Origin: Candidatus Nanopelagicales bacterium
Lineage (GTDB): Bacteria > Actinomycetota > Actinomycetes > S36-B12
Length of the DNA: 37,750 bases
Direction: 5' to 3'
Assembly (NCBI GenBank): GCA_021741845.1
Contig: JAIOWY010000001.1
Span: 1 to 37,750 of the forward strand
Shown here: positions 7,977-17,726 of the stretch, piece after piece
Numbering within the stretch: position 1 is the stretch's first letter
How the letters are laid out: each line of letters begins with the position of its first letter
Program-made: the position numbers and the translations under genes
Notes under the pieces: model-generated
The model's database searches: none
Seen by the model: only the letters and a program-made list of their open reading frames with translations
Told to the model about the DNA's origin: nothing

Positions 7977-9275
7977 ATGAAGAATTACAGTGATCCCTCG
8001 CGAACATCTGCCATCACACCACTCATTCAAACCGTTAGCTTCTTAGCCCCCGTCGGAATCGTGTTAGTGACTATCGGTTCTATTCCCTTCTTAGGGTTGG
8101 GAGTTGTTGCGCTGGCGGGTGCCATTTATTTACTGAACTACCTTGTCTGGAACCGATTCACCTTCGCTGTAACCACCGAAATGAGCCACGAACCCGAATT
8201 AATCGTCAATTCTGGGATTTTTATCCGGACGACAAAAACGCTCAGAATTGCCCGGTTGCAGGCAGTCGATATTCACCGGCCACTTGTTGCTCGGATTTTT
8301 GGCTATGCGACGTTGCAGGTGGAGGTCGCCGGTACCGGTGACTCGCGAGCCATACTTCGATACCTCTCCATGGCTAACGCTCAAGATCTCCGCACCTTCA
8401 TTTTGCGCCTCGCTGGTAACTCTCCATCGATTGAACCGACTTCCGAGGAGTTTCCGCACTGGGACGTACCTAACTCACGGCTGGCAGCTTCACTTGCCCT
8501 CACCACATCCACCTATGTGATTGCGGCTGGTGCACTCTTCTCAGTGATTATCGCGATCGCGAATGGATTTGGTGGACTGGCTGCATTAACCATCACCGTT
8601 TTCGGTGCAGGCATCTCGGTTGTTGCTGGGTTTACTCAGTTTTTTAATTTCCGGCTGCGCAAAGACACCCGGGGTATCACTATTTCCCACGGTTTATTTT
8701 CCACGTCGAGCTACACAATCTCACCGATACGACTCCAAGCCATTGATATCAGTCAGCCCCTGGCCTGGCGCTTCTTTGGCTGGCACCGTATCTCCATCAA
8801 CGTCGCTGGGATTGACACGAACACAGGAACGAAAGGTCCTCGAGTACTGATTCCTGTCATTCACCACACCCATCTCACCACCTTGCTCACCACGTTGGTT
8901 CCTGAGTGGGAGATCAATGTGGACAGCGATTGGCTACCAGCGGCTTCGAATGCCCGGTGGCGCTACCCACTCCAGCACACCTATATCGGCTCCTACATTT
9001 CTGAGACGGTGTGTGCAGCCCGAACTGGCTGGCTGACGCGTCACATGAAATTCGCACCACATGCTCGGATCCAATCGATTCGGCTCACGCAGGGTCCATT
9101 CCAACGATCATTGGATCTCATCACGGCGCACTGCGACTCGGTACCTGGACCGATCAAGATCGCCATTCCTGGGTTCCAGTCCCACAGGGCACTAACCATG
9201 CTGAGAACGGAAAGCGTGCACATTAACCGGGCGATCAATGACGGTCGGTCGGAGAACTGGGGAGTGCCCCACTAG
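7977..9275 (+). CDS. bPH2 membrane protein with three PH-like repeats, YdbT-like
   Basis: Three repeats of the bPH2 pattern: SGIFIRTTKTLRIARLQAVDIHRPLVARIFGYATLQVEVAG, HGLFSTSSYTISPIRLQAIDISQPLAWRFFGWHRISINVAG and TGWLTRHMKFAPHARIQSIRLTQGPFQRSLDLITAH. They are separated by TM pairs. ATG 7977 lies 8 nt after the stop of the upstream gene. Confidence 0.8.
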   Translation: MKNYSDPSRTSAITPLIQTVSFLAPVGIVLVTIGSIPFLGLGVVALAGAIYLLNYLVWNRFTFAVTTEMSHEPELIVNSGIFIRTTKTLRIARLQAVDIHRPLVARIFGYATLQVEVAGTGDSRAILRYLSMANAQDLRTFILRLAGNSPSIEPTSEEFPHWDVPNSRLAASLALTTSTYVIAAGALFSVIIAIANGFGGLAALTITVFGAGISVVAGFTQFFNFRLRKDTRGITISHGLFSTSSYTISPIRLQAIDISQPLAWRFFGWHRISINVAGIDTNTGTKGPRVLIPVIHHTHLTTLLTTLVPEWEINVDSDWLPAASNARWRYPLQHTYIGSYISETVCAARTGWLTRHMKFAPHARIQSIRLTQGPFQRSLDLITAHCDSVPGPIKIAIPGFQSHRALTMLRTESVHINRAINDGRSENWGVPH

Positions 9276-9988
9276 TTTTTCTTGGGTCCCTTTTCGTCGG
9301 TGGTGGTAGGTACCTCCGGAGCACTGACATCGTAAATTTCCGCTCGTCGAGTGAGCAATGCTTCCAACACCTGAGCCTTGAATAACGGCTCGTCAGAACT
9401 CCCCCAGCGCACCGTCGATCCTGATTTGAGGAGCAGCTCAACGTTGTCGCGGGAATTTGCCGAAATGCTGACTACCTTCGCGGCAATATTCGGCGGTAGT
9501 GATTGCAGAACTTCCACCGCCGCGACGAGGGAATCCCCTTCCGCATCAATGACGGGTAAATCTTGGATGTCAAGTGACTCAAAGATCACTCCCGTGGAAT
9601 CCACCGCATAGGGACGATCAGCTACCGTGACTGAGGCGACAGGAACACGAGTCGCAACTGCCACGACAATCTCGTGAGGCCAGCCACGCCGCACCTCAAC
9701 GGACTGAACCCACGGCAATGTGGCTACGTTACGAGCTGCGGTATCGGTATCAACCCGGGCAATGGGTTCACCGATGGGAATGCTGGCCTGGCTAAGAACT
9801 TCTCTCACCTGTTGCTCGGTCAGTGCTGACTGATCAGCATTCACCGCTCTCACCTGCTCAACAGCGAAAAACTGAGAGAACCACATAAGCCACACAACGA
9901 GTGCGACCAGAGCCACCACGAGCGGTAGCACGAGGAACCACAGCCTCTTGCGGCTCTTCTTTGTGAAGAATGTGTGAGTTGACGCCAT
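9272..9988 (-). CDS. ftsQ: Cell division protein FtsQ
   Basis: Short cytoplasmic tail, one TM (LWFLVLPLVVALVALVVWLMWF) and a POTRA-like segment VEQVRAVNADQSALTEQQVREVL..LPWVQSVEVRRGWPHEIVVAV. It sits after murC. Confidence 0.85.
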   Translation of the reverse strand: MASTHTFFTKKSRKRLWFLVLPLVVALVALVVWLMWFSQFFAVEQVRAVNADQSALTEQQVREVLSQASIPIGEPIARVDTDTAARNVATLPWVQSVEVRRGWPHEIVVAVATRVPVASVTVADRPYAVDSTGVIFESLDIQDLPVIDAEGDSLVAAVEVLQSLPPNIAAKVVSISANSRDNVELLLKSGSTVRWGSSDEPLFKAQVLEALLTRRAEIYDVSAPEVPTTTDEKGPKKN

Positions 9989-9990
9989 GG

Positions 9991-11412
9991 CTAGTCGCGG
10001 GGACCGCTCTCCCGCAGATCACGGAGTTGGTCAACAACTTCATGAGCAATCAGTCCAATATCCCCCGCGCCGAGAGTCATGATGATGTCCCCAGGCTCCG
10101 CGTACCCGACAAGGTGCCCGGCAACAGATGACCACGACGGCTCAAAAACCACATGGCCCTCTGGAAGTGGAACATTCGCCGCCATGGTTTGACCGCTGGC
10201 GCCAGGGATAGGTTCTTCACCCGGAGCAAAAACTTCCAATACGACAACACGGTCGGCGAGGCCTAAGGACTCACCAAACTCCGTGGTGAACATGGCCGTT
10301 CGGTAATAGTGGTGTGCTTGAAAAGCCACAACCACTTTCCCCTCCCCCACGACTTCCCTAGCTGCAGTGAGTGTGGCGGCGATTTCGGTTGGGTGATGCG
10401 CATAGTCGTCATAAACACGAATTCCCGCAACATTGCCCTTGAAGTCAAATCGACGCCGGGTGCCACTGAATTGATCCAAACCCGATATCACTTGTGCTGG
10501 GGGGAAACCCAATCCAAGCATGGCGACAAGTACCGCCTGCGCATTGAGCGCATTGTGCTGACCTGGTACTTGGAGTTCAATGGTGCCCAATCGAACACCA
10601 TTGTGAACAGTGTCAAAGCTCCAACCTTCCGCGCCGGCGTGGGCATCGATCATCTGAAAATCCGCATCCGCCGATACTCCATAGGATCGAACATCAATGC
10701 CCGACGCACGCGCCGCCTCGATCATTCGGCGGGCCCCTGAGTCGTCCTGGCACGCAACGACAAAACCACCTCGGGATCCAACACCCTGGGCAAAATCCAT
10801 GAAAGCTTGCTCAATGGCCTCGAATGTTCCCCAATGATCCAGGTGATCAGGTTCAATATTGGTCACAATCGCCACATGCGGTTGCAGAAATAGAAAAGCA
10901 CCATCGCTTTCATCCGCCTCGACCACAAAGAGATCGCCCGTCCCCAGATGCGCATTGGCTCCAGTTTCATTGAGCTCGCTGCCAATAGCAAAGGACGGAT
11001 CCACCCCACAGTGTTGAAGTGCCACCGTAAACATGGACGTTGTTGTCGTTTTGCCGTGCGTACCGGTAATGGCAATTCCTTGGTAACCAGCCATGATGGC
11101 CCCCAGCGCTTGGGCACGGGATAACGTCGGTTTGCCCGCCTGGCTCGCGGCCTCACGCTCTGGGTGTGTGTCCGCAATAGCTGTGGAGACGATCAGCGTG
11201 TCGATCCCCGCGATGTGCTCAGGATGATGCCCGATAGCCACCGGTATACCCATGGCTCCCAAGGCAGCCGTTCTTCTGGACTCCTTCGCATCGCAGCCGG
11301 AGACTGGCACTCCGCGGGCTGCCATGATGCGAGCGATCCCGGACATACCAGCACCACCGATACCCATGATGTGCACCGCGCCTAGTCCGTCAAGAGAGTT
11401 AGTCACGTTCAC
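9991..11412 (-). CDS. murC: UDP-N-acetylmuramate--L-alanine ligase
   Basis: N-terminal HIMGIGGAGMSGIARIM and the Mur ligase P-loop ITGTHGKTTTTSM. dcw position. Confidence 0.95.
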   Translation of the reverse strand: MNVTNSLDGLGAVHIMGIGGAGMSGIARIMAARGVPVSGCDAKESRRTAALGAMGIPVAIGHHPEHIAGIDTLIVSTAIADTHPEREAASQAGKPTLSRAQALGAIMAGYQGIAITGTHGKTTTTSMFTVALQHCGVDPSFAIGSELNETGANAHLGTGDLFVVEADESDGAFLFLQPHVAIVTNIEPDHLDHWGTFEAIEQAFMDFAQGVGSRGGFVVACQDDSGARRMIEAARASGIDVRSYGVSADADFQMIDAHAGAEGWSFDTVHNGVRLGTIELQVPGQHNALNAQAVLVAMLGLGFPPAQVISGLDQFSGTRRRFDFKGNVAGIRVYDDYAHHPTEIAATLTAAREVVGEGKVVVAFQAHHYYRTAMFTTEFGESLGLADRVVVLEVFAPGEEPIPGASGQTMAANVPLPEGHVVFEPSWSSVAGHLVGYAEPGDIIMTLGAGDIGLIAHEVVDQLRDLRESGPRD

Positions 11413-12478
11413 ACGCTAACGCCCAGTGTGCCAATTCTTGAGCAGCACCACGATATGAACCTGCCTGCACAGCGGTGGACATCGACGCCAATCGTGATGT
11501 GTCTCGGGCGAGCGGAATAACCGTTGACGTGACCCATGAGGGAGAAAAATCCTGCTGGCGACACATCAGTGCCCCACCGGCCTCCACTAGTGCATGTGCA
11601 TTTCTCTCCTGTTCACCGTTGCCAATGGGCAGCGGTACAAAGATGGATGGCAATCCCGTCGCTGCGATTTCCGCAACCGTCATGGCACCGGCACGGTTAA
11701 TGCTCAGATCCGCAGCCGCATAAGCCAGATCCATTCGATCAATAAAAGGTACTGCTCGATACACGGAGTCAGCGGTGTCGAGAATATCGATGGAGGGTGC
11801 GTTGCTCGGACCAACAGCATGCAACACACTGATGCCAGCGGACACAAGTGCAGGCAAAGCCTCGGTGACGGTCGCGTTCATGGACTGAGCACCCTGCGAT
11901 CCTCCGAATACGAGCAGCACAGGCCCAGTCGACGGTAGTCCGAAATATTCACGGGCTGGTGTTTGTAGGTGGGCTCTATCTAGGTCGGCTATCGATGCTG
12001 AGAGCGGCATGCCAATCACTCGGCCATGTGGGAGGACACCGGGGTAATTCAGGGCAATATTTCGCGTTAGTCGGGCGCCAAGTCGGTTGGCCAAGCCCGC
12101 CGTGGAATTTGCCTCGTGCACGATCGTGCACACTCGGCGCGCTCGTGCCGCCACGTACACCGGAGCACTGGCATAACCGCCAAATCCCACGACAGCGTGA
12201 GCCGGGTGTTCTGACATGAAGCGTTTAACTTCTGCCACAGCGCGGTACATACGGTGTGGAAAGCGAAGTGCGTCCGCAGAAAAAGTGCGTGGAAAAGGGA
12301 CCGAATCGATCATCATGAGGGGAAACCCCGAGGGTGGTACTAATACCTGGTCCAGACCACGGTAGGTCCCGATAATCGTGATAGCCACGTCAGGCCGCAA
12401 CTCTCGAAGTGCCGCCGCCGTATTCAGCGCAGGAAAAATGTGACCTGCTGTCCCACCAGCGGCTAACACAACGTGCAC
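11399..12478 (-). CDS. murG: Lipid II-forming GlcNAc transferase MurG
   Basis: AAGGTAGHIFPAL N-terminal motif, FGGSQGA, and C-terminal GNGEQERNA. Confidence 0.95.
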   Translation of the reverse strand: MHVVLAAGGTAGHIFPALNTAAALRELRPDVAITIIGTYRGLDQVLVPPSGFPLMMIDSVPFPRTFSADALRFPHRMYRAVAEVKRFMSEHPAHAVVGFGGYASAPVYVAARARRVCTIVHEANSTAGLANRLGARLTRNIALNYPGVLPHGRVIGMPLSASIADLDRAHLQTPAREYFGLPSTGPVLLVFGGSQGAQSMNATVTEALPALVSAGISVLHAVGPSNAPSIDILDTADSVYRAVPFIDRMDLAYAAADLSINRAGAMTVAEIAATGLPSIFVPLPIGNGEQERNAHALVEAGGALMCRQQDFSPSWVTSTVIPLARDTSRLASMSTAVQAGSYRGAAQELAHWALACERD

Positions 12479-12480
12479 GC

Positions 12481-13818
12481 TTACCTCCTGCGCATGGCGG
12501 TGGCAGTGGCATGTCGTCGAATGCGCTGGCGCGCCTCCGGTTCATTGCGGGCGAACGCAAGGAGCATGCCAATGGCAATAAGCGTGGGAATTAACGAAGA
12601 ACCACCATAGGAAACAAGCGGGAGCGGAACACCTGTCACCGGAAGGACACCTAACACGGCACCAATGTTGATAACCGCCTGAATAACAACCCAGGAACCA
12701 ACCCCCGCAGCAGCCAATCGCACAAAAGGTTGTTGAGTCGTGCGACTCAAACGGAAAATTGCGAAAGCCAAAATAGCGAACAGCAATAACACCGAGAAGG
12801 TCCCGATCATGCCCAGTTCCTCACCGATTACCGGGAAGATGAAGTCGGTATGCGCTTCAGGAAGCGAACCCCACTTTTCGCGACTTCCTCCGAGGCCAAC
12901 CCCCCACAAGCCACCGGTTCCTAGGGCATATTGACCTTGGGTAACCTGCCAACCAAATCCCAACCGATCAGCATCCGGATCAAGCCAGTTGGTGATTCGC
13001 TCCATTCGATACGGCGCTGCCATTGTTAGGGCCCACACGGCAATAATCCCAAAGGCTCCGAAAAACGCGAAAAGCCTGAGTGGAGCTCCGGCGGCAAAAA
13101 GAATGCCACTGAGGATCGCGCCTAACATCAAGGTATTTCCAAAGTCACCCTCCAGCAGCACCAGAATCATCATGAGTGCAGCCACCGGCAAAATAGGGAT
13201 CAAGAGATTTCCCCACGTGGGATGCCGTCTATTTTTGCGCGTTAATACTTCAGCTCCCCAAATAACAAGCGCTAATTTCGCAAACTCGCTGGGCTGTAGT
13301 CGAAAGGGACCAAAGAGATCAATCCAGTTTTTCTGGCCTGCGACTTCCACACCAATAACAAGTACCGCGACGAGAAGTGCGAACGCTAATGCCAGGAAAA
13401 CCCAGGCACCCTGCCGCCAAAACTGAATCGATGTGCGAGCAGCAAGAATCAGTGCAATCACACCACCTACGGCAAAGAGTGCTTGACGCTGAACGAGCGT
13501 ATAAGCAGATCCGTATGTGCGGACACTTTCAACGGAGGAGGCTGAAAGCACCATGAGCAGACCGAGGATCAGCAACAAAATAGTGGACCCCGCAATGAGG
13601 TAGTACGTGCTTAATGGATGGTTGAGGAGCAGACTCAACCGAGATTCCTTGGCCGCCTTAGGTGCCGAATGCCCATCCGACTGTCGTCGAGATACAACCG
13701 AGTGCGTTGATTCGGTCAGTCGTCTGGCTGCGTTCTTAACAGCGTTGACCACGGCGCTAACTCTGCATTTCCGCTGCAGCGCCGCCATCGAGCCGCGCCA
13801 CGGCCTGAGCAAAGACAT
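12481..13818 (-). CDS. ftsW: SEDS-family peptidoglycan glycosyltransferase FtsW
   Basis: Polytopic membrane protein with the SEDS motifs FRLQPSEFAKLALVIW and PVTGVPLPLVSYGGSS. The start is uncertain: the longest ORF overlaps the murD 3' end by 62 nt, and an in-frame GTG at 13752 lies 5 nt after the murD stop. Confidence 0.9.
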   Translation of the reverse strand: MSLLRPWRGSMAALQRKCRVSAVVNAVKNAARRLTESTHSVVSRRQSDGHSAPKAAKESRLSLLLNHPLSTYYLIAGSTILLLILGLLMVLSASSVESVRTYGSAYTLVQRQALFAVGGVIALILAARTSIQFWRQGAWVFLALAFALLVAVLVIGVEVAGQKNWIDLFGPFRLQPSEFAKLALVIWGAEVLTRKNRRHPTWGNLLIPILPVAALMMILVLLEGDFGNTLMLGAILSGILFAAGAPLRLFAFFGAFGIIAVWALTMAAPYRMERITNWLDPDADRLGFGWQVTQGQYALGTGGLWGVGLGGSREKWGSLPEAHTDFIFPVIGEELGMIGTFSVLLLFAILAFAIFRLSRTTQQPFVRLAAAGVGSWVVIQAVINIGAVLGVLPVTGVPLPLVSYGGSSLIPTLIAIGMLLAFARNEPEARQRIRRHATATAMRRR

Positions 13819-15226
13819 CTCCTCGGTGGGAGTAGTCGCGAAACATGTCCCACGAGGCGCAACCGGGGGCTAACAGGACCGTATCCCCTGCCCGGGCATG
13901 ACCATGCGCGAGTAGAACGGCTTCTTCCATGGCACTAGTTTCGCGAGTTACCAGTGTGAATACTGGGACATTTGGTGCGTGTCGGGTCAGCGCTTGGGCG
14001 AGCGAATCGGCATCCTGGCCCAGGAGGATCGCCACCCGCAATCGATCTGCAGTTCCGCGGACTAAATCATCGAAATCCTGCCCCTTGGCCAAGCCACCGG
14101 CAATCCACACAACAGACGGGTATGCCTGGATGGAGGTCTGTGCCGCGTGGGCATTCGTGGCTTTGGAGTCATCCACGTACTGAACTCCACCCAGTTCACG
14201 AACAAGATGTATGCGATGTGCCGCGGGGGTGAAATTGCGCAGCCCGGCACGTATCGCTGTGGGTGCCACCTCGCCACCGGGCGCGCGAACCCCCCAGGAC
14301 CGAACCAGTGCTGCGGCGGCCAGAGCATTTTCCGTATTGTGTTGTGCGGCGGGGTGGATATCGGAAACAAGTGCTAATTCTTGGGCCGAATCCCGACGAT
14401 CAGGAATAAATGCTCGATCAACGAGTGCCCCATCCACCACACCGAGCATGCTCAGACCGGGGATACCACGGGTAAAACCAATCGCCCGACACCCTTCCAT
14501 GACATCTGCTTCTTTAACCATGTGCAATGTGAGAGGGTCATGGTCGTTGTAGATCGCAGCAGACTGGGTTCGTTCATAGACGCGCGCCTTGGTATCTCTA
14601 TAACTTCCGAATCCCCCAAAATGATCAAGATGATCTTCCGCAACGTTCAGGCAAACAGACGCCCACGGACTCATGGAGTAAACAAATGGCAATTGAGGCG
14701 CGCCTATTTCGATGGCAATGACATCCAGCAGATCGTGCATGACTACATCGACGAGGGAATGACCAATGTTTCCGGCGGCAACGGTTCGAACACCGGCCTC
14801 ACGAAGCATGGATTCCACCATTAACGTTGTGGTGGTCTTGCCATTAGTACCTGTAATGCACAACCAATCAGCCGCCGAGTCGGGATTTCGCAATCTCCAC
14901 GCTAACTCAAGTTCACCCCAGATAGGAATGTCGCGCGCCTGCGCTTGAACATGAAATGAATGGGTCGGGGGCAACCCTGGTGATGTGACCACGAAGGCGA
15001 ATTGCGTATCGGGTAAGTCAGCCGCGCCTAGATAGATGTGTGCGCCTAATGACCCCAAAATATCAGCGCGCTCGCGCTGCTTTTCCCCTGCCGATGAGTC
15101 AATAATGGACACGTCAGCACCTAATTGCATGAGTGCGTCGGCAGCCGAAAATCCCGCAATACCAACTCCGAGGACCCCGACTGGGACACCATGCCAATCG
15201 GAATTTCGATGAAATGGCAATGTCAC
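13757..15226 (-). CDS. murD: UDP-N-acetylmuramoylalanine--D-glutamate ligase
   Basis: GVLGVGIAGFSAADAL Rossmann-type N-terminus and the P-loop ITGTNGKTTTTLM. The start is placed at GTG 15226, which forms a GTGA overlap with the mraY stop. The track ORF extends to 15274. Confidence 0.93.
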   Translation of the reverse strand: MTLPFHRNSDWHGVPVGVLGVGIAGFSAADALMQLGADVSIIDSSAGEKQRERADILGSLGAHIYLGAADLPDTQFAFVVTSPGLPPTHSFHVQAQARDIPIWGELELAWRLRNPDSAADWLCITGTNGKTTTTLMVESMLREAGVRTVAAGNIGHSLVDVVMHDLLDVIAIEIGAPQLPFVYSMSPWASVCLNVAEDHLDHFGGFGSYRDTKARVYERTQSAAIYNDHDPLTLHMVKEADVMEGCRAIGFTRGIPGLSMLGVVDGALVDRAFIPDRRDSAQELALVSDIHPAAQHNTENALAAAALVRSWGVRAPGGEVAPTAIRAGLRNFTPAAHRIHLVRELGGVQYVDDSKATNAHAAQTSIQAYPSVVWIAGGLAKGQDFDDLVRGTADRLRVAILLGQDADSLAQALTRHAPNVPVFTLVTRETSAMEEAVLLAHGHARAGDTVLLAPGCASWDMFRDYSHRGDVFAQAVARLDGGAAAEMQS

Positions 15227-16290
15227 GCCCGAACCCACTCCGCGTAGAAAATTGTCAGACCCGCACCGATACACAATCCTTGGATGATCCAGAACCTGAC
15301 CACGATCTGAATTTCAGGCCACCCCAACATCTCAAAGTGGTGATGCAGCGGAGCCATCCGAAAAATTCGCTTCCCAGTTAATTTAAATGACCCGACCTGA
15401 CCAATAACCGACAGCGTGGTGATGAGGAAAAGTCCAGCGATCAGTGGCAGGAGTAATTCTGTTCGAGTCAGAATAGCGAGCCCAGCGATCCCGCCACCTA
15501 ATGCCAACGAGCCAGTGTCACCCATAAATATGCGTGCGGGTGCCGTGTTGAACCACAGGAAGCCAAAACTTGCTCCGGCAGTTGCAGCCGCAACCATGGC
15601 TAAGTCGAGAGGGTTTTGCGTGTTGTAACAGAATTCCGTTACCTCAAAAGCGCAATTCTGACCGTACTGCCAGATGGCGAGTAGTACATACGCCAAGAAG
15701 CTCATAATGGCGGCGCCCACCGCTAGTCCGTCCAAGCCGTCTGTCAAGTTCACGCCATTAGTTGTGGCGGTGACTAAGAACCACACCCACAGCAGGAATA
15801 GCCCTAAGGGAAGCACAATTGACGTGTCACGAACAAATGAGATCGCCATGGACGCCGCAGTATTGCCTGACGCATCAGGAAATTGAACGGAGAGATAAGC
15901 AAAACTAAAGGCGACAACCGCCTGGCCAATGAGCTTTGTCCGAGCGCGCAACCCAGTACTGCGTTGCTTAAATATTTTCAAATAATCGTCGGCCATTCCG
16001 ACCAGACCTAGCCCAACCATGAGGTAGAGCACGAGCAGCGCTGACACGGAAACCGGTCGCCACGTCACGAGATGGGTGAGGAAATAACCCGCCAACACGG
16101 CCACAAGAATGGCCACGCCTCCCATAGATGGCGTGCCGATCTTGCCTTCATGCGCCGGGTACTTCTCTCCCTCGGAACTGGCACGAATTGCTTGGGAGTA
16201 ACCATGCTTCCGGAGAAAATTGATGAGTAGAGGGGTGCCCAAAAAGGACACCAAGGTCGCAATGGCCCCCGCGATAACAACGAGTCTCAT
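15223..16290 (-). CDS. mraY: Phospho-N-acetylmuramoyl-pentapeptide transferase
   Basis: Motifs GTPSMGG, NLTDGLDGLA, FMGDTGSLALGG and APLHHHFE. Polytopic membrane protein. Confidence 0.96.
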   Translation of the reverse strand: MRLVVIAGAIATLVSFLGTPLLINFLRKHGYSQAIRASSEGEKYPAHEGKIGTPSMGGVAILVAVLAGYFLTHLVTWRPVSVSALLVLYLMVGLGLVGMADDYLKIFKQRSTGLRARTKLIGQAVVAFSFAYLSVQFPDASGNTAASMAISFVRDTSIVLPLGLFLLWVWFLVTATTNGVNLTDGLDGLAVGAAIMSFLAYVLLAIWQYGQNCAFEVTEFCYNTQNPLDLAMVAAATAGASFGFLWFNTAPARIFMGDTGSLALGGGIAGLAILTRTELLLPLIAGLFLITTLSVIGQVGSFKLTGKRIFRMAPLHHHFEMLGWPEIQIVVRFWIIQGLCIGAGLTIFYAEWVRA

Positions 16291-17726
16291 AGCGCTCCCT
16301 CAGACTTTTCCTCTGAGACTTTACTGACTTTCCCAGCCAGCAATGCATCTGCCACGCGCTCCAGCCCGACGGATCGGGAGGCCTTAACCAAAACAACATC
16401 ACCGGGCTCAATTCGCTCGCGCAGGAAATCGATAGCGGCGTCGATATCCGGCACCCACTGGGACTCTTCGCCCCACGACCCTTCCTGGGATGCGCCGAGG
16501 TGGGTAATTTTCATGGTGTCACCTACGCATACAAGCAGGGAGATATCCAGTCGGACTGCCATGCGGCCCAGAGCATCATGTTCTTCCCTTTCCGCATCTC
16601 CTAACTCCCGCATCGGACCGAGAACTGCGATGCTTCGTCGACCCACGGACATTGCTGCCAACGTTTTGAGCGCAGCCCGCATTGACTCTGGATTTGCGTT
16701 GTAGGAATCGTTGATAACGGTGACACCATCCGTCGTTGTGACGACCTCCATGCGCCATTTACTAATGTGCGCAATTTCGTTTATCGCCTGCACTGCCTGC
16801 GCAATGGGAACTCCGGCACACGTTGCGGCAGCCAAGGCTGCCAAGGAGTTGGCGACCTGATGCTCCCCGGGGATACGTAAGGAGACGGGGTAAGAACGAT
16901 CGAGGTACTCCAGCATGTAGGAGCACCGCGCATTGTTATCCACCTGTACATTTTTTGCCCGAAATTGCGCGGATGCGCTCTCACCAAAAGTAACGACCTG
17001 GGCTTTACTACTAGACGACATGGCGCGAACCAGTAAGTCGTCCTCATTGAGAACCGCCCACGAGTCAGGCGAGAGCGAACGAATGAGCTCTCCTTTGGCG
17101 CTGGCAATGCTCTCACGAGATCCCAGCAACTGCATGTGCGCGGATCCGATGTTGGTCACCACACCAACATTCGGAAGCGCGATCTTGGACAGGAGTTCAA
17201 TGTGACCAATTCCGCGCATGCCCATTTCCAACACAAGGAATTTGGTCGTTTCATCAGCACCGAGGATGGTGAGTGGTAGACCCACTTCGGTGTTAAAGGA
17301 TCCTTTAGCCCAGATGGTCGGTCCCGCATCAGACAAAATCCCAGCGATAAAGTCCTTTGTTGTGGTTTTGCCACTGGATCCCGTCACAGCAATTACCTGG
17401 GCCTGTAACTTTGTCACCCGGGCCCAATGGGCAATTTGACCTAGCGCTATTACCGGATCTTTGACACGCAGGACAGGTAACTCCGCCGGTACGACTCCTG
17501 AGTAGTGAACGTCAATGATGGCGAGACCAACGTTGGCCGCGTGAATGTCACTCAGAAATTGATGGCCGTCGGTTCGCTCGCCCTTGATGGCGACAAATAC
17601 GCCACCAGCGATAGCTTCTCGAGAGTCAACAAAGAAGCCTTTCACCGTCAGCCCAGGCGGCGCAGCAGTCAATTCGCCCGAAGTTATACCAGCCAGTTCG
17701 GCAGCCGTGAAATTAAGCACGAGCAA
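16287..17726 (-). CDS. murF: UDP-MurNAc-tripeptide--D-Ala-D-Ala ligase
   Basis: P-loop VTGSSGKTTTKDF, then DSYNANPESM. ATGA overlap with mraY. Confidence 0.93.
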   Translation of the reverse strand: MLVLNFTAAELAGITSGELTAAPPGLTVKGFFVDSREAIAGGVFVAIKGERTDGHQFLSDIHAANVGLAIIDVHYSGVVPAELPVLRVKDPVIALGQIAHWARVTKLQAQVIAVTGSSGKTTTKDFIAGILSDAGPTIWAKGSFNTEVGLPLTILGADETTKFLVLEMGMRGIGHIELLSKIALPNVGVVTNIGSAHMQLLGSRESIASAKGELIRSLSPDSWAVLNEDDLLVRAMSSSSKAQVVTFGESASAQFRAKNVQVDNNARCSYMLEYLDRSYPVSLRIPGEHQVANSLAALAAATCAGVPIAQAVQAINEIAHISKWRMEVVTTTDGVTVINDSYNANPESMRAALKTLAAMSVGRRSIAVLGPMRELGDAEREEHDALGRMAVRLDISLLVCVGDTMKITHLGASQEGSWGEESQWVPDIDAAIDFLRERIEPGDVVLVKASRSVGLERVADALLAGKVSKVSEEKSEGAL

